64,000 nucleotides of DNA from Trypanosoma brucei (taxonomy: Eukaryota). A model generated the notes under the pieces. The model was not told where the DNA came from. It ran no database searches and saw only the letters and a program-made list of their open reading frames with translations. Made by a program: the position numbers and the translations under genes. Position 1 is the stretch's first letter. The number at the start of each line of letters is the position of its first letter. Where the stretch lies: positions 768,001 to 832,000 of the forward strand of contig CP000070.1 of NCBI GenBank assembly GCA_000002445.1. The letters are read 5' to 3'. Below, piece by piece: positions 20,738 to 32,331 of the stretch.

Positions 20738-22342
20738 ATGGCGAAGCGCCGTGAAGTTGCCGATGATAGCGATGTATACGTGTTGGAGTTTCAAAAGAAC
20801 TACTCTGACACTACCCGACAATCCCTGATTGTTTCAGACGAAGTGCCTGACAGCACTTTACTATGGCGCAATATGGTGATGTTCACACTTCTCAAAATCA
20901 TTGGTTCGTACGATTCAGGGGCCTTCAGTGCTGCTGTTGGAGCTGAAAATGGCATTGCTGATGAATGGGGTCTCACGAATTTGGAGCAAGGAGCGCTTAG
21001 CGCAAGCGTATTTTTGGGATGTATGGTTGGCTGCCCGCTGGCGGGTCATCTCTTTTCTCAGTACAGCGCAAAAATCGTACTAATTCGAGTGCTCGTCCTT
21101 CACATATTTTTTACCTTCTGCTTCGCGACTGTTACGGTGTATGTCATCTCCATGGTGTCGCGGTTTCTCATAGGTGTAACGTTATCGTTCATTTTCGTAT
21201 ATGTTCCCGTATGGGTTGATGACTTCGCCCCGCGCGACCGGCAGTCCGTTTGGATGGCGTTGCACAATGCAGGAGTACCCGTGGGTGTTCTTGGCGGATA
21301 TCTGTGCGGTGCCATCCTTCCTTCATACACACGGATAAGCTGGGAGTGGGCTTTTTACTCCAAGTGCATCTTTACCGTTCCGGTGATTGTATATTTCTTA
21401 CGTGTCGATCACCGATCTGTTGACAGAAACAGCAGCAGGAAGAGTAACGTTCAAGGATCGCTAGGCATCGGGCACGGAGGGAACGGTTTGCCAACCAACG
21501 GTACAGAATCGGCAGTGAGACGGGGAAACGAAAATGTGTTTGACAGGTCAAGCGGGGCCAGAAATCTCGTTAGTTCGGCATGTGATGCCGTACTGCATAT
21601 ATGGAAGACCGCAGCTGTGCTCCTTGGTAACATTGAGTACACTTGCAGCGTACTTGCTATGTGCTCCCTCTACTTTGTTGTATCGGGTTTACAAAACTTC
21701 ATGACACAGTACCTTCACGCGGAGCCTTTCAATGCTTCCATGAAAACCATCATGGTTGGCTTCGGTACGGCGATTGTGGCATCTCCCATCGGCGGTGTGA
21801 TCACCGGCGGTGTGCTTCTCGATCGACTTGGGGGTTACCAACAAAACACGCGGCGGGTTATGATATTCACCACCGCATGGGGTGCCGGGGCCGCTTTTTT
21901 CAGTGTCTTATGTATTTTCGCTGGAAGCACCAGCGCACTTCTTGTGCTCATGTCGCTGATGCTTTTCTGCGGTGGGGCAGTTGTGCCATCTGGAAGCGGC
22001 CGAGTGATGGCTTCCCTTCCCGATACCCAACGACCCGCAGGTGCCGCGCTTGCACAGATGGTGTACAACTTAGTTGGGAACTTCAGCGGCCCACTGGTGT
22101 GTGGTTCCATCGCACAGTGGATGGGCGACCTGAAGTATGGCATCCGCGCCGTGTTCTGCTGCAGCGTCATAGGGCTCGTTCCCATGGTGATACTCCTATT
22201 CGCAGCTGACAGGCACCCCAGCGGTGTATGTGCTATGTCAAGTTGCGGCCCCGTTAGCACTGTGGTGGAGGAGCGGTTGGAGGTAAAAAGCAGTGGCGTT
22301 GTTGTAGAAAATGGGAATGATGACACTGTGGATGCCAAGTAG
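20738..22342 (+). CDS. Major-facilitator-superfamily (MFS) transporter-like membrane protein
   Basis: The track ORF starts at GTG 20663; the first ATG is at 20738 (MAKRREVADD...). I count about 12 hydrophobic segments in a 6+6 arrangement around a central hydrophilic loop. The loop after TM2 (GCPLAGHLFSQYSAKIVL) resembles the MFS G-x-L-aD-R-x-G-R-K motif. Confidence 0.6.
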   Translation: MAKRREVADDSDVYVLEFQKNYSDTTRQSLIVSDEVPDSTLLWRNMVMFTLLKIIGSYDSGAFSAAVGAENGIADEWGLTNLEQGALSASVFLGCMVGCPLAGHLFSQYSAKIVLIRVLVLHIFFTFCFATVTVYVISMVSRFLIGVTLSFIFVYVPVWVDDFAPRDRQSVWMALHNAGVPVGVLGGYLCGAILPSYTRISWEWAFYSKCIFTVPVIVYFLRVDHRSVDRNSSRKSNVQGSLGIGHGGNGLPTNGTESAVRRGNENVFDRSSGARNLVSSACDAVLHIWKTAAVLLGNIEYTCSVLAMCSLYFVVSGLQNFMTQYLHAEPFNASMKTIMVGFGTAIVASPIGGVITGGVLLDRLGGYQQNTRRVMIFTTAWGAGAAFFSVLCIFAGSTSALLVLMSLMLFCGGAVVPSGSGRVMASLPDTQRPAGAALAQMVYNLVGNFSGPLVCGSIAQWMGDLKYGIRAVFCCSVIGLVPMVILLFAADRHPSGVCAMSSCGPVSTVVEERLEVKSSGVVVENGNDDTVDAK

Positions 22343-24433
22343 GCAAGTGATTGTGAAAAGGAGTGATGAATCATCAGATGGCATCTTGGCTTTGCTGCTG
22401 TTTTGTGGACTTGTTCTCCAAATTGTGCAATAGAGGACAAGGTGAACACACATACATCCCGATACGTACATGTTTAGGGGTCTGTGCTCACTTGTGTATG
22501 TGCCTGTGTTTAGCGCTTTATATTTAAGCTTCCCCTCCTTTCTTTCTTTCTTTTTAAAATTTTGGGGTCGGTATACATCACTTATTTGTTTATTTATCTA
22601 AGCACCTCCCCATCCGAACACATACGTACACAAACACGCAGTTACTTCATTGACCTGAACGGAATACAGGTATGCAGTGATTGATCATCGCGCTGTGTGC
22701 GTGTGTGTAAGCGAAAGGCGTAAAAGTGCCACACGCTTCCCTCTGCCATCTCCCGCGCGAATGTGGTCGATGAATGGCGGAAGTCAAACGGGAATGGTAG
22801 ACAAGAAAGGAGGGAAGGGAATTGAACGATGGGTGTAATGCTGAGGATTGCAAAAAAAAAAGAAAAATAATGATAAAGAAAAACAGGTAGGACCGGGGAT
22901 GGAGAGAAATAACAGAACTAAGGGGGGTATAGTCCCGTTTCAATGTTGTGATACTGTTCTGACCATAGCTGTGGCAGAAATGAAGCAACGGTCGGAGCGG
23001 TGGGAATCGTTGGAAATGGGCTATGATAATTGACTGAGAATCAGGAGCGTGTAGGGGCGCCTTTTAATAAATTTATACGAATGATGAGATGAGAGGAGTG
23101 GGTGAGGGCTCCCTATGGTCGTACATCCGGTTTTAAGTTCACTCTGTTTTGGATTACACTTTGTTACACACGCACATGCGCGCAAATAATCGTTTGTGCA
23201 TTTTTTGGCAAACCCGCCCATGGGCGTGTGCGTACTTGTATATATATATATATGTACTAATAAGCACCAGTGTAGCGCATATTACACACGAGTACAGGCG
23301 GACGCGTGCGTTTTGCGGACTGGTTTAAAATAATACCTTCAGCGCCCTAGCTATGTCTTTGGCATGTTTCCAGAGGATGGAAAGAAGGCAAAAGAAAGAA
23401 AAAAATAAGAGTGAAGTGTCCGATTAAATATAAAGGGTTAATCATATTTTTGTGCGAAGCGTAAGGGTTGATGGAAGGCGCGGAACATGTGTTGCAATCC
23501 TCTTTCCTATTACCATTTCGCCCCTTTCTTCGAATAAGAAGGAAAGAATTGAAACTGTGGTGTGTGTGGAGAGGGGAGCGGTATTCTACGGAGGAGAAAA
23601 GGAAGGAACGACAACGACAACAAGTTGGTTTGTAGAAAATGCGCGAACGGACACTGGTCTTGTGCCTTTCGTTTCATTTTTTTTGTTGTAAAGGGGAAGG
23701 GGGGGGGATGTATTAACTAAACCTCATATATACAACGTGTGGTGTAGCGGCAAGGCGGCATGATCCACTTTTGGTATTGTTTGTATTGTTTTTTCTTTTG
23801 AGTGTTCGAACGTTTCCTTGTTCATGCATACTTCCCTTTGACATCGTAGCCGCTTCTTTCTCTACCTTTTTTGTGCTCTTTTCTAGTGCATGTGCATTGT
23901 GTATGTACGTATGCATGTGTGCGTGCGGTTTTGTGCTTGGCGTACACATTGTCTGTATATTATTTCACCTCTTATTGCGATTCGTCCTTTTGTTAATCCA
24001 GCTAATCATTGTTGTTCTTCATCCTCTTTTTTTTAAACCAACATTATCACACACCCCTTTTTCTTTGTGTACGGTGGTGACTCGCTTCACAACGGTTATC
24101 CACTTGTGCAAACAAACGGGAAACATTAAGGAACAACACCTAGGAAAGGGAAAGGAAGACGAATAATAATAATAATAAAGGCGCTGGTAATAAGCAAAGG
24201 CCGACCGGAGAAGGAATTTATCCAATCGGTTAGTTAGTGAGTGAGCGTCTTGTTGGCTGGCTTGAATTACCAAACAAGCATATTGGCACGCGGGAGGGTA
24301 CGTTGGTGGCGTATAATTACATCTATTTTAGTGAAAGGAGGGAGAAACGGGAGTCAGTTCGTGATCTTTCACTTGCTGTTTCTCTTCCCTTTATTTGGCG
24401 TGCTTGTACTTACTCTTTACTTGAATCAGTGCA

Positions 24434-24754
24434 ATGCCCGCGGCGGAGTCCTCGACGCTCATCGGCTTTCTTCAGCAGCTGCGTGGGACGCAAGTTGAGA
24501 TTGAGATGATGAACTCGACCATTGTCACCGGGGAAATAACATTCGTGGAAGCCAACATGAATACATACATGCGTCATGTGAAGATAACGGCAAAGGGGAA
24601 AAATCCCGAAATGGCTGAGACGTATATGGTTTGTGGCAGTAAAATCCGTTACGTAATTCTTCCAGAGGCAATGAATACGGACGATGTGCTTGTGAAAGCT
24701 GCGGCCGCGAAGGCGAGACCGGGAAGCAAAAGGACGGAGCGATCAAATGAGTGA
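24434..24754 (+). CDS. SmD1: Small nuclear ribonucleoprotein Sm D1
   Basis: The protein is 106 aa with a full Sm fold. Its Sm1 motif (GTQVEIEMMNSTIVTGEITFVEANMNTYMRHVKI) and Sm2 motif (ETYMVCGSKIRYVILPE) are closely colinear with metazoan SmD1 (…[34 protein letters not shown]…IRGNNIRYFILPD). The C-terminus is a short KAAAAKARPGSKRTERSNE and carries no RG-repeat tail. Confidence 0.85.
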   Translation: MPAAESSTLIGFLQQLRGTQVEIEMMNSTIVTGEITFVEANMNTYMRHVKITAKGKNPEMAETYMVCGSKIRYVILPEAMNTDDVLVKAAAAKARPGSKRTERSNE

Positions 24755-25613
24755 GTGTTCCTGCGGCCGAGGGACGGGACTCGTTTTTAAGGGAAAGAGC
24801 GGGAAAGTGAAGGCACACACGAAGGCGCAAAGAGAGGAAGGGAGCGAGAGAATTCCTCTTTCCAGAGATGCGCACTGCAAAGGAACCCCTCCATTTCCTG
24901 TTTCTCTCCTCGTCGCCGCTGCCGTCATGTTCTTTTTTTCGGTTTCTGGTACGTATCTATGACTCCGAGGGGAGCAGAAAAAAGAAAAACAAAACCGACC
25001 AACACTTTGGTGAGCTACTTTCTCATTACTTCGTTTGTGCCCCTGTGCTACTGTTTGGCTTCTCCCATCACAGACATACACACACACATATATATATATA
25101 AATAGCGGAGCTGTCGTTCACTACTATAACACACTTTTTCCACTTTTTTTTTCTTGACAACTCATACTACTCATTGCAACGTGTGTGCGATGGTTGAAAA
25201 AACTCAACACACCATCGCGAAAACAACAATGCAAACATTACAATGACATTTAGGGGCCAACCATAGTGTATCATTACAGGACCACTGTGAGGAATTATAG
25301 GAGCCTAGAGATACTCTAAACGAAGGGGAAATAGTGACACGTTGCTGTCGTTGGCACACGCCTCCCCTTTTCATTGTGTTATCACAGACACCCACGCGCG
25401 TACTTAACAAAAGAAGGGGGAGAGAAACGTACTTCAACCGTCTACTATTACATCTCGTAGGAGTGATAGACGGGTACATAGATTAAGTAGATCGATAGAC
25501 ATATATTACTCACCGTCTCGGCCTTTGGGGGCCTCCTCTTTAATTTTTTAAAAGTTCTTTCGTCGACTCTCTTAGTCGTGTGCACTCCGCTTAATTCACT
25601 TGCGGCGGGACAC

Positions 25614-28484
25614 ATGGACGTGGCAGCATTACGTCGATTGCAGCATCGCATGGAGGCGCGCGGTAGGGCCGCCCAAAGCTGCGTTGTGAATTGTGACTAC
25701 AGTAGACCACATTGCACCTGCGTGCCGCGCCATCAGCATGATGAGGGAGGAGGTAGGGATGACACCGAAGTGGCGACCGCTTCAAATCATATCAACAAGC
25801 AGGGCAACAACGGCAATAGCTCCATAGTCACTCTCAGTGGCGCCGCGCGGTCGTGGCTGGTGCAACGGCTGGAGGACATAGAAGTAGATATAACGGGAGG
25901 TGCTGCGCAGCACAGTCGGGCCGTCCCGTGCTGCTGCAGTTGCTGTCAAGGTTACCATCACAGCTACCATGAGCCAAAGGAAGGCTCCAATGTGTATGCG
26001 GGATGTTTAAATGGGAAAGGCAGCGAAAAGGGACAAGCGGCAACACCGTCAGTGAGTGAGGTACGTGCTGATTGTATTCAGCAACAGGCTGATGGCTCTC
26101 CCACCGTGGCGGATGGGCGCATCAATTCCTCTTCACCAGCTCCACGAACGTACGACGTGCCGACTCTTAGGGGAACTCAAAATGTGCTCAAACCTGCCAA
26201 ATCATCAAAGTTGCTACATGCTTTACTCCGGAACGCGCAGATGGTTGCAGTACCAGCAAAGGCACGAGAGTGGGAAAACGACCCCGAGAGTGAGCCTGAC
26301 ACTCCCTCGCGTAGCGCAGGTTCAACGTTGGAAAGTGCCAAAAGGGTATTCAGGGAACGGAAGCGAGCTGCTACCGTGCCAAAAACACATAGTGCTACCG
26401 AGTCTACCCGTACTTCTGCCATGCGGACTCGATCGTCGTCGCTTCTACCGACAGATAGGCAGCATCGGACCGCAACAGAGACAGCAACGGAGGGTTATTC
26501 CCAACCTCCGTCCGTTACTGTGTATCCCCACGTCAACCGTGAGGTGTCTCAGCGTCCTGTTGGGGTTAGTCCAAGGGATGCAGCAACCGACACATCGCCT
26601 TTAAAGTCCGTTGTAGAGCGCTCGGTGCAGTGCACACCGTTGGTAACATCGGCATCCACCCAGCGAGCGCTTGCCCTTTCGGTTGCTATACAAACAGAGG
26701 ACGTCGCCGACCCTTCGCGTTCGTTTCCAAAGGGATCTTCGGGGTCCCTTGCGGGGAAGCAGTTGCAGCAATCATCCTCGACTAGCACTAACGGCCCTGC
26801 TACTCTCTCAGCGGAGGTGACGTCTCCGACATCGCGGTCAGGAGCGTCGGAGTCTCACGAACAAGGTTCAGCAGGACGATATGTTTCTAACACAAAAGCA
26901 ACGACAGCAACGATGGAACCGTCACCAACTGAAGTTATTAACGCCCTGCGTGAGAAATTGCTGTTAGAGAAAGCGGATGCGTACGTACGTTTGCTGGAGC
27001 AGCAAGTGAGTGGAGAGCTTCATACAAAGGGCAGAGTAGAGGAGGAAGAGGCGCACGCTCGAAGTCACAACCAGGAGAGGATTCTTTCTTTACTTTCCCG
27101 CCTGCACCAGGAAGACCGAGAGATCATGGAGGCCTTGTATGACGCCGTGAATGAGAAAGAGACCCTAGAACAAGCCCGCAGTCTGGTAGCATCCTCTCTT
27201 CCTGTTTCATCTCCGTCTGTCTCCGCTTCCGCTTCCGTGCCTCCTCCAGGGCAGTCCTTCGGTGATGTTTCCCAGGAGTCGATGCAGACCTCAGCGCGGC
27301 CGGTGTACGGTAAAAACTCATTTCCAGAAGAGGTGTTGGCCGCGTATGAACAGTGTTCAGCGGAACCGTCACCGCATCCTAAACCGCCAGCAGGCATGAC
27401 GCCACTGACTACAGCGGGATCCCCACAGACAGAAGTTTCACAGGGGAGCATGAGGGCTTGGGTCGACAGATACTTCAGCGACTCTCTGGACCCGCAGCAC
27501 CGGGCACTCCTGCATCACGTTCTTCTTTCGAGGGAGGCGGAAGTTCGACGTGCTGAAGCTGCGGAGTCACAATGCAGGAAATTAAAAAGCAGGCTCTGCA
27601 CCGCGGATGCACCGTCGTTGATGTTAACAGAAGGATCAGGGAAACATGAAAGTCAGAAACTGAGCGTCCCAGCCGTTTCAGGTGGAAACGAGGAGGAATC
27701 AAAGGTACCCGACCTCCGACGCGATGGATCGGGGATCAAGTCTAGCGAGCTGAGTTGTTCAATGCCACCACCGGCCCCACCACGAACTGAAAACCTCCCC
27801 AGTCGCGGCAACGATCGTGCGGTGAACGCTTGTGGTGCTAACCCTTCCGCTACTTCCTCTTCTCCTTCGAGGGCGGTAAACGAGGAGGAACTGCAGCGCT
27901 GGAAAAGCCGCTGTGACGCTATTGAACAACAACACCGCGCCAGTGTTCATCGATTAGCGGAGCTACAAACTTATATTGAGCAGCTGCGGCGCGATGCTCA
28001 CCAAGCGGTCGTAAAAGTTGCGACTGCCGGCACCGTTACAGTGCCCACCGCTCCCAATCTCCCCACCACCACGCTGCCGCAGCCAAACGAATCGACTGTC
28101 CAAATGTCTTCCGTCCGTGACATGTGGTCTCCAGGGAGCGGCCCCACGAGAGGCGTGAGTGATACATTGTCTTTTACGCAGCCACCATCCAGCACGTGTC
28201 AACCCCACTCGACAGTAGCGCCTCTGTCTACTTTTGAGCGGCCTTCCAAACCAGCAACAGAAATGGGACCCCTTAGCGGCGTGACTCCTCCCACTTCCCT
28301 TTATCCCACTTCTGTTCCTACTACTACCACCGTACAGACGTCTACTGGAAACCGTGAGGCAGCATTGCAGATGCTTCGGGAGGAGTTGGATGCAGAATGC
28401 TCTCGGTTTGCTGATGAATCACGCCGCTGGCAACAGTTTGTGGAAACCCAGAGAATTTCTTTACAGAAGGGTAAGGGTGGCTGA
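25614..28484 (+). CDS. Ser/Thr/Pro-rich low-complexity hypothetical protein (~956 aa)
   Basis: The track ORF starts at GTG 25578; the first ATG is at 25614 (MDVAALRRL...). The long frame is compositionally biased (S, T, P, A, Q) with short coiled-coil-like segments (e.g. LREKLLLEKADAYVRLLEQQVSGELH; the C-terminal MLREELDAECSRFADESRRWQQFVETQRISLQKG). I found no recognisable domain. Confidence 0.6.
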   Translation: MDVAALRRLQHRMEARGRAAQSCVVNCDYSRPHCTCVPRHQHDEGGGRDDTEVATASNHINKQGNNGNSSIVTLSGAARSWLVQRLEDIEVDITGGAAQHSRAVPCCCSCCQGYHHSYHEPKEGSNVYAGCLNGKGSEKGQAATPSVSEVRADCIQQQADGSPTVADGRINSSSPAPRTYDVPTLRGTQNVLKPAKSSKLLHALLRNAQMVAVPAKAREWENDPESEPDTPSRSAGSTLESAKRVFRERKRAATVPKTHSATESTRTSAMRTRSSSLLPTDRQHRTATETATEGYSQPPSVTVYPHVNREVSQRPVGVSPRDAATDTSPLKSVVERSVQCTPLVTSASTQRALALSVAIQTEDVADPSRSFPKGSSGSLAGKQLQQSSSTSTNGPATLSAEVTSPTSRSGASESHEQGSAGRYVSNTKATTATMEPSPTEVINALREKLLLEKADAYVRLLEQQVSGELHTKGRVEEEEAHARSHNQERILSLLSRLHQEDREIMEALYDAVNEKETLEQARSLVASSLPVSSPSVSASASVPPPGQSFGDVSQESMQTSARPVYGKNSFPEEVLAAYEQCSAEPSPHPKPPAGMTPLTTAGSPQTEVSQGSMRAWVDRYFSDSLDPQHRALLHHVLLSREAEVRRAEAAESQCRKLKSRLCTADAPSLMLTEGSGKHESQKLSVPAVSGGNEEESKVPDLRRDGSGIKSSELSCSMPPPAPPRTENLPSRGNDRAVNACGANPSATSSSPSRAVNEEELQRWKSRCDAIEQQHRASVHRLAELQTYIEQLRRDAHQAVVKVATAGTVTVPTAPNLPTTTLPQPNESTVQMSSVRDMWSPGSGPTRGVSDTLSFTQPPSSTCQPHSTVAPLSTFERPSKPATEMGPLSGVTPPTSLYPTSVPTTTTVQTSTGNREAALQMLREELDAECSRFADESRRWQQFVETQRISLQKGKGG

Positions 28485-29425
28485 GTCTGGCACCCCTGCT
28501 GTTTTATACGTGTATCACTTTTGCTGTTCTGTGCCGCTGTCTCTATATTCTACCAGCATCGTCACTGTTGTTCCCAGTTGTTGCGGCAAATCTTCCCTAC
28601 CTCTTGTACAATGATAGGGGAAGGAGGGGAGAGTAGACACGTATAAACTAGGAATCAAAAGTGGTAGTTTCTTTTTTGCCAGCGGACAAAGGCTATCGAA
28701 ACATACGCCCCTTTATAATTAAGCGTAGAAAAGAAACAAAAAGGAGGTTGCTTGATTAAGTATCGGTCTCTTGTCTCTCTTTTATTTGTTGTACCGTGTG
28801 CGTCCCAGTGGGTGTAGTTGCTGTTGGCAGGCAGAACATTTGACTTTTCAGATTTTTCTTCCCTTCTTTCGTTCGTCCCTTCCCTTCCACTCTTCCATTA
28901 CACATTTGACTAACAAATTAACACGGCAAACGCTTCTCGGCATGCCTGGAAAAATATTTGTGTTAATTGGCCCTTCAATCGCGTGACCTGTTGATCTTCC
29001 CCCCTTTCTCTTCTCTACGTTTCGATTTCTATGATTAGACTTGAGGTGGTGCTCGTCGCATTGTGGACAAGGGGGTTGTAGCGGCTGAAAACCACACCGA
29101 GCCCGTTTGATTTTTTTTTATCGAAACAGTTTTTTCAAGAGCGCTGCCTCTTCGACCGCTCACGTGCTTGGGCTAACACCGGAAAGTTAACAAAGGCGAC
29201 TGTGGCCGTAGGAGCGGAACATTAACTTCATCTTCCTCATCGTCACCCGCCTATTAGGCGGTAAAGAAGTCTGAGGGGATCCAGTGAAGTGGCAACAGCA
29301 TTAATATTAGTGGTTTTTACCGATTCTTTCTGTTGTACTAATTTAGCATTGGTGGTTTACCCAATCGCATTCTTTCGTTTTTAGTTAACGACATCATAAT
29401 CGTGTGTGTGGTAGACATTCAGACG

Positions 29426-29986
29426 ATGAGCACTTTATCATCGTGGCTCACGGGAGGTAAGACAGGTGGAGGTAAGGAATCCGAGAAAGAAGACGCAGCA
29501 GCCATTGCTGCCAGGAATGAGTTGCTCAACGTCATAGAGGGGGCCCCACCATCGCTTGTCAGCCAACAGGCGGACCAGTTTGCTTTTTTACGCAGCAACG
29601 CAAGACACAAGATTGCAGATGTGGTGCTGGCACTGACAGCATATACCTTCAGTGGGTTCATTCATATGTACGGCCAAAGCACGGCGCTCACTACCCTCTC
29701 CATGTGGGCTGCAGGGACCACCTTCTTTCTTAACATGCAAGTACGAAAGGTTTTTGAGTTGGAGGATGAGACGAGACGGAAACAAGCCGTGATTGACATG
29801 GGTTTGCAGGAAAAGAATGTTTTCCAGCTAGAAGCTGTAGCCTCGTGGGTGTGGATGCTTTCCTCCCTGCAACAGTTTAAGATTCACAAGCGACTGAAGT
29901 ACTGCGGGTACAGCAGCTGGACAGCGCTTTGTTGCTGCACTTACTTCACCTTTCGTCACATGTACCAGATGCTTCTCGAAGCGTAA
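29426..29986 (+). CDS. Small hypothetical protein (186 aa) with two predicted hydrophobic helices
   Basis: The track ORF starts at GTG 29402; the first ATG is at 29426 (MSTLSSWLTGG...). There are two hydrophobic stretches (VVLALTAYTFSGFIHMY; TTLSMWAAGTTFFLNM) and a basic C-terminus. Confidence 0.45.
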   Translation: MSTLSSWLTGGKTGGGKESEKEDAAAIAARNELLNVIEGAPPSLVSQQADQFAFLRSNARHKIADVVLALTAYTFSGFIHMYGQSTALTTLSMWAAGTTFFLNMQVRKVFELEDETRRKQAVIDMGLQEKNVFQLEAVASWVWMLSSLQQFKIHKRLKYCGYSSWTALCCCTYFTFRHMYQMLLEA

Positions 29987-30591
29987 CCCCTCCTTCCCTC
30001 CTTCCACCCACCCGCTCATCCCTCAAAAAAAAAAAATGGTGATTTTTTTTTTTTGAGCAGGGGGCGAATCTGTGGGAACGGAAAAAAAAAGGTAAGAAGA
30101 GTATTCATTTTGTGGAAAAGAAATGGGCTGCCACGATACTCGGGCCATTGTTCCCCTCTCAGACACGCGACCACAGCTTTTTTTTCACCTCTGTTCACTA
30201 TCATCAGTTTGTTATTTTGTCGAACGACAAGCGTTGTTTGTCACACATGCGCGACTATGGTTACTACTTTCCGACCTAGAAGTTACTCTTTGCACCATGA
30301 TCGGATACCGCTGGTTACCTTTTTCAGGTGTTTTGTCTGTAATCATGAAGTTTTCCCTCCTTTGTTGTTATTATTACTCTCTTGTTTTGTTTCGAGGTGC
30401 CACAGCGCAGTCATAAACGTAGGTAAAGGCTTACTTGAAGGCAAAACATCGGGTGTAGAACCCTCACGCACTACGTAAACCCGCACAGGTAGGTTGAACA
30501 TACGGACTTTTAAGCACTGCATATTGACACGTATATAATACACGGTTAATTTAATATATTTTCTTCGTGGTTTACCAAAACCATAGGTGGG

Positions 30592-32280
30592 ATGGTGAAA
30601 ACGGTGTCGTCGTTGAATTCGGTGGATAAACTCTCACATGGAACGGTTAGTGAATCCTCATCCCGCGCGCAAGGTCAGTGCCCGCAACGTGTGTTGCGAG
30701 AGTTGAGGGACTACTTGAGCATAACACCCCACAATGAGGCAGACGGCTTAACAGAAGCATATCTCCTGCGCTGCTTAGAGGCCACCGAACATTCCATTCC
30801 GAAAACGGTACAACTTCTAAGGCAGCGGCGTGTATTTGAGCAAACTTTCCCCACCATTCGGCTGACACCCCAGGTTCTAACGGCTTTACGTAGTGGTGCA
30901 ATTTCCACCATTGGCCGGGACCTGCAAGGCCGACTTGTACTGTATATCCACCCAAAGTGCTTTAAGCAGGACCCGCTAGACGAACAGGAAACTCAGCGCC
31001 TATTTGTTATCGTTATGGAGTACGCCCTGGGGTGTTGCACAGCGAACCAAGCACCTCAGCAGGTGTTAACGACAGAGTCTCCACGTGTTGTACACACAGA
31101 TAGAAGGACTTCTGCTAGTGAAGTGCAGAAGCAACAAATTGTCGTCCTAGTAAACGAAGAAGGCTCCTCGTGGCATTCTAGTAATATGGCTCTATCTAGG
31201 GCAAAATCACTGCTTGCGCTGTTGACAAAATACTACCCTAGGTTGGTTGTGCAAATACTTCTTTATCAACCATCGTGTGATGTTAAGCTGTTGGTGAAGC
31301 ATGTCCTTCCGAGCGGCCCGGCAGCGTCAGGTGCACTGACTGCAGTAGAAGTGGTGACACCGAATCATATTCAAAAGTATATTAGTCCCACAACACTTCC
31401 TGAGGAACTCGGCGGTACAAGCAATTTTGTGAGCTCCTCCTCTTCTTCCGCATTTGCCGATGCCGTGCTCCGCCACTGGTTTCTGGAAACGAGTTACCTT
31501 CTGACGGAAGATGCCTCGTCACGACCCATCTGGAAGTTGCCACCGTGCACAGTTGCAGCAGCTGGATGGTCGAACCTTCTTGCTCGTGCCTCGGCTGCGG
31601 CTGTAGCAAAATGTGGGACAACAAATTACGTTGCAATAACTGACGGTAATGAGGGAGCGGATTACCATGTAGATCCGCTCAGCGGCGAGGTGAACAGGGA
31701 GCAACTCCACGCGCGTGTGGATAACTGGGTGCAGGAGTCCCACGTGATGTACTCTCGATGTCGCGGTCAGATCCGGTGTTCTAGCGCTGAAGCGGAAAAT
31801 GATGACGGCGGCGGCTCGATCCTCTCCGATGTGCATTTTTTGTCCTGCCGTGAAGCGGAGTTATCGACCTCGGATGTATGGTTGGGTGTGGATGGGTTTA
31901 ACAGCGCAGCAGAGAGGGAAGCGTTGCTCAGGGAGCTGCAGAATGAGCGCAATCGCCGCTTTGCGATGGAAAAACAACTTTTGAACAGCCGAACGAGCCT
32001 TGGCACTACCACCCAGTTGGATGCGCAGGTGACCGAAAAGATAGAGGAAGCTCTGAAGACAGCACGTGTGTCGCTGAATATGTTAGTTATGAACGTTGTT
32101 GCGTGTGCGCAAGAGTCTGAAGCCTGTGGGAACCCTCCTACACTCAGGCAACTATTAGATCTCACCCTCACAACTATTGAGGGTGGAACGAGTGAAGTGC
32201 AGAAAGTTTCAAACATGAAGTCACCTAAGTTGGTGAAGAAAAAGAAAGAGGACAAATCCTCCTGTTGTACGGTAATGTGA
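30592..32280 (+). CDS. Sec14-like / CRAL-TRIO lipid-binding domain protein
   Basis: The N-terminal CRAL_TRIO_N-like helix pair is EAYLLRCLEATEHSIPKTVQLLRQRRVFEQ. The CRAL-TRIO core follows (GRDLQGRLVLYIHPKCF...QRLFVIVMEYAL...QQIVVLVNEEGSSWHSSN...LLTKYYPRLVVQILLYQPSCDVKLLVKHVLP). There is a ~280-aa C-terminal extension with a coiled-coil. Confidence 0.7.
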   Translation: MVKTVSSLNSVDKLSHGTVSESSSRAQGQCPQRVLRELRDYLSITPHNEADGLTEAYLLRCLEATEHSIPKTVQLLRQRRVFEQTFPTIRLTPQVLTALRSGAISTIGRDLQGRLVLYIHPKCFKQDPLDEQETQRLFVIVMEYALGCCTANQAPQQVLTTESPRVVHTDRRTSASEVQKQQIVVLVNEEGSSWHSSNMALSRAKSLLALLTKYYPRLVVQILLYQPSCDVKLLVKHVLPSGPAASGALTAVEVVTPNHIQKYISPTTLPEELGGTSNFVSSSSSSAFADAVLRHWFLETSYLLTEDASSRPIWKLPPCTVAAAGWSNLLARASAAAVAKCGTTNYVAITDGNEGADYHVDPLSGEVNREQLHARVDNWVQESHVMYSRCRGQIRCSSAEAENDDGGGSILSDVHFLSCREAELSTSDVWLGVDGFNSAAEREALLRELQNERNRRFAMEKQLLNSRTSLGTTTQLDAQVTEKIEEALKTARVSLNMLVMNVVACAQESEACGNPPTLRQLLDLTLTTIEGGTSEVQKVSNMKSPKLVKKKKEDKSSCCTVM

Positions 32281-32311
32281 AATTAACATTAGACTCTTCA
32301 CTCTTTGAACA

Positions 32312-32331
32312 ATTATTATTATTATTATTAT
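32312..32331. repeat. (ATT)6 trinucleotide repeat
   Basis: Direct reading shows aattattattattattattatt. Confidence 0.8.
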
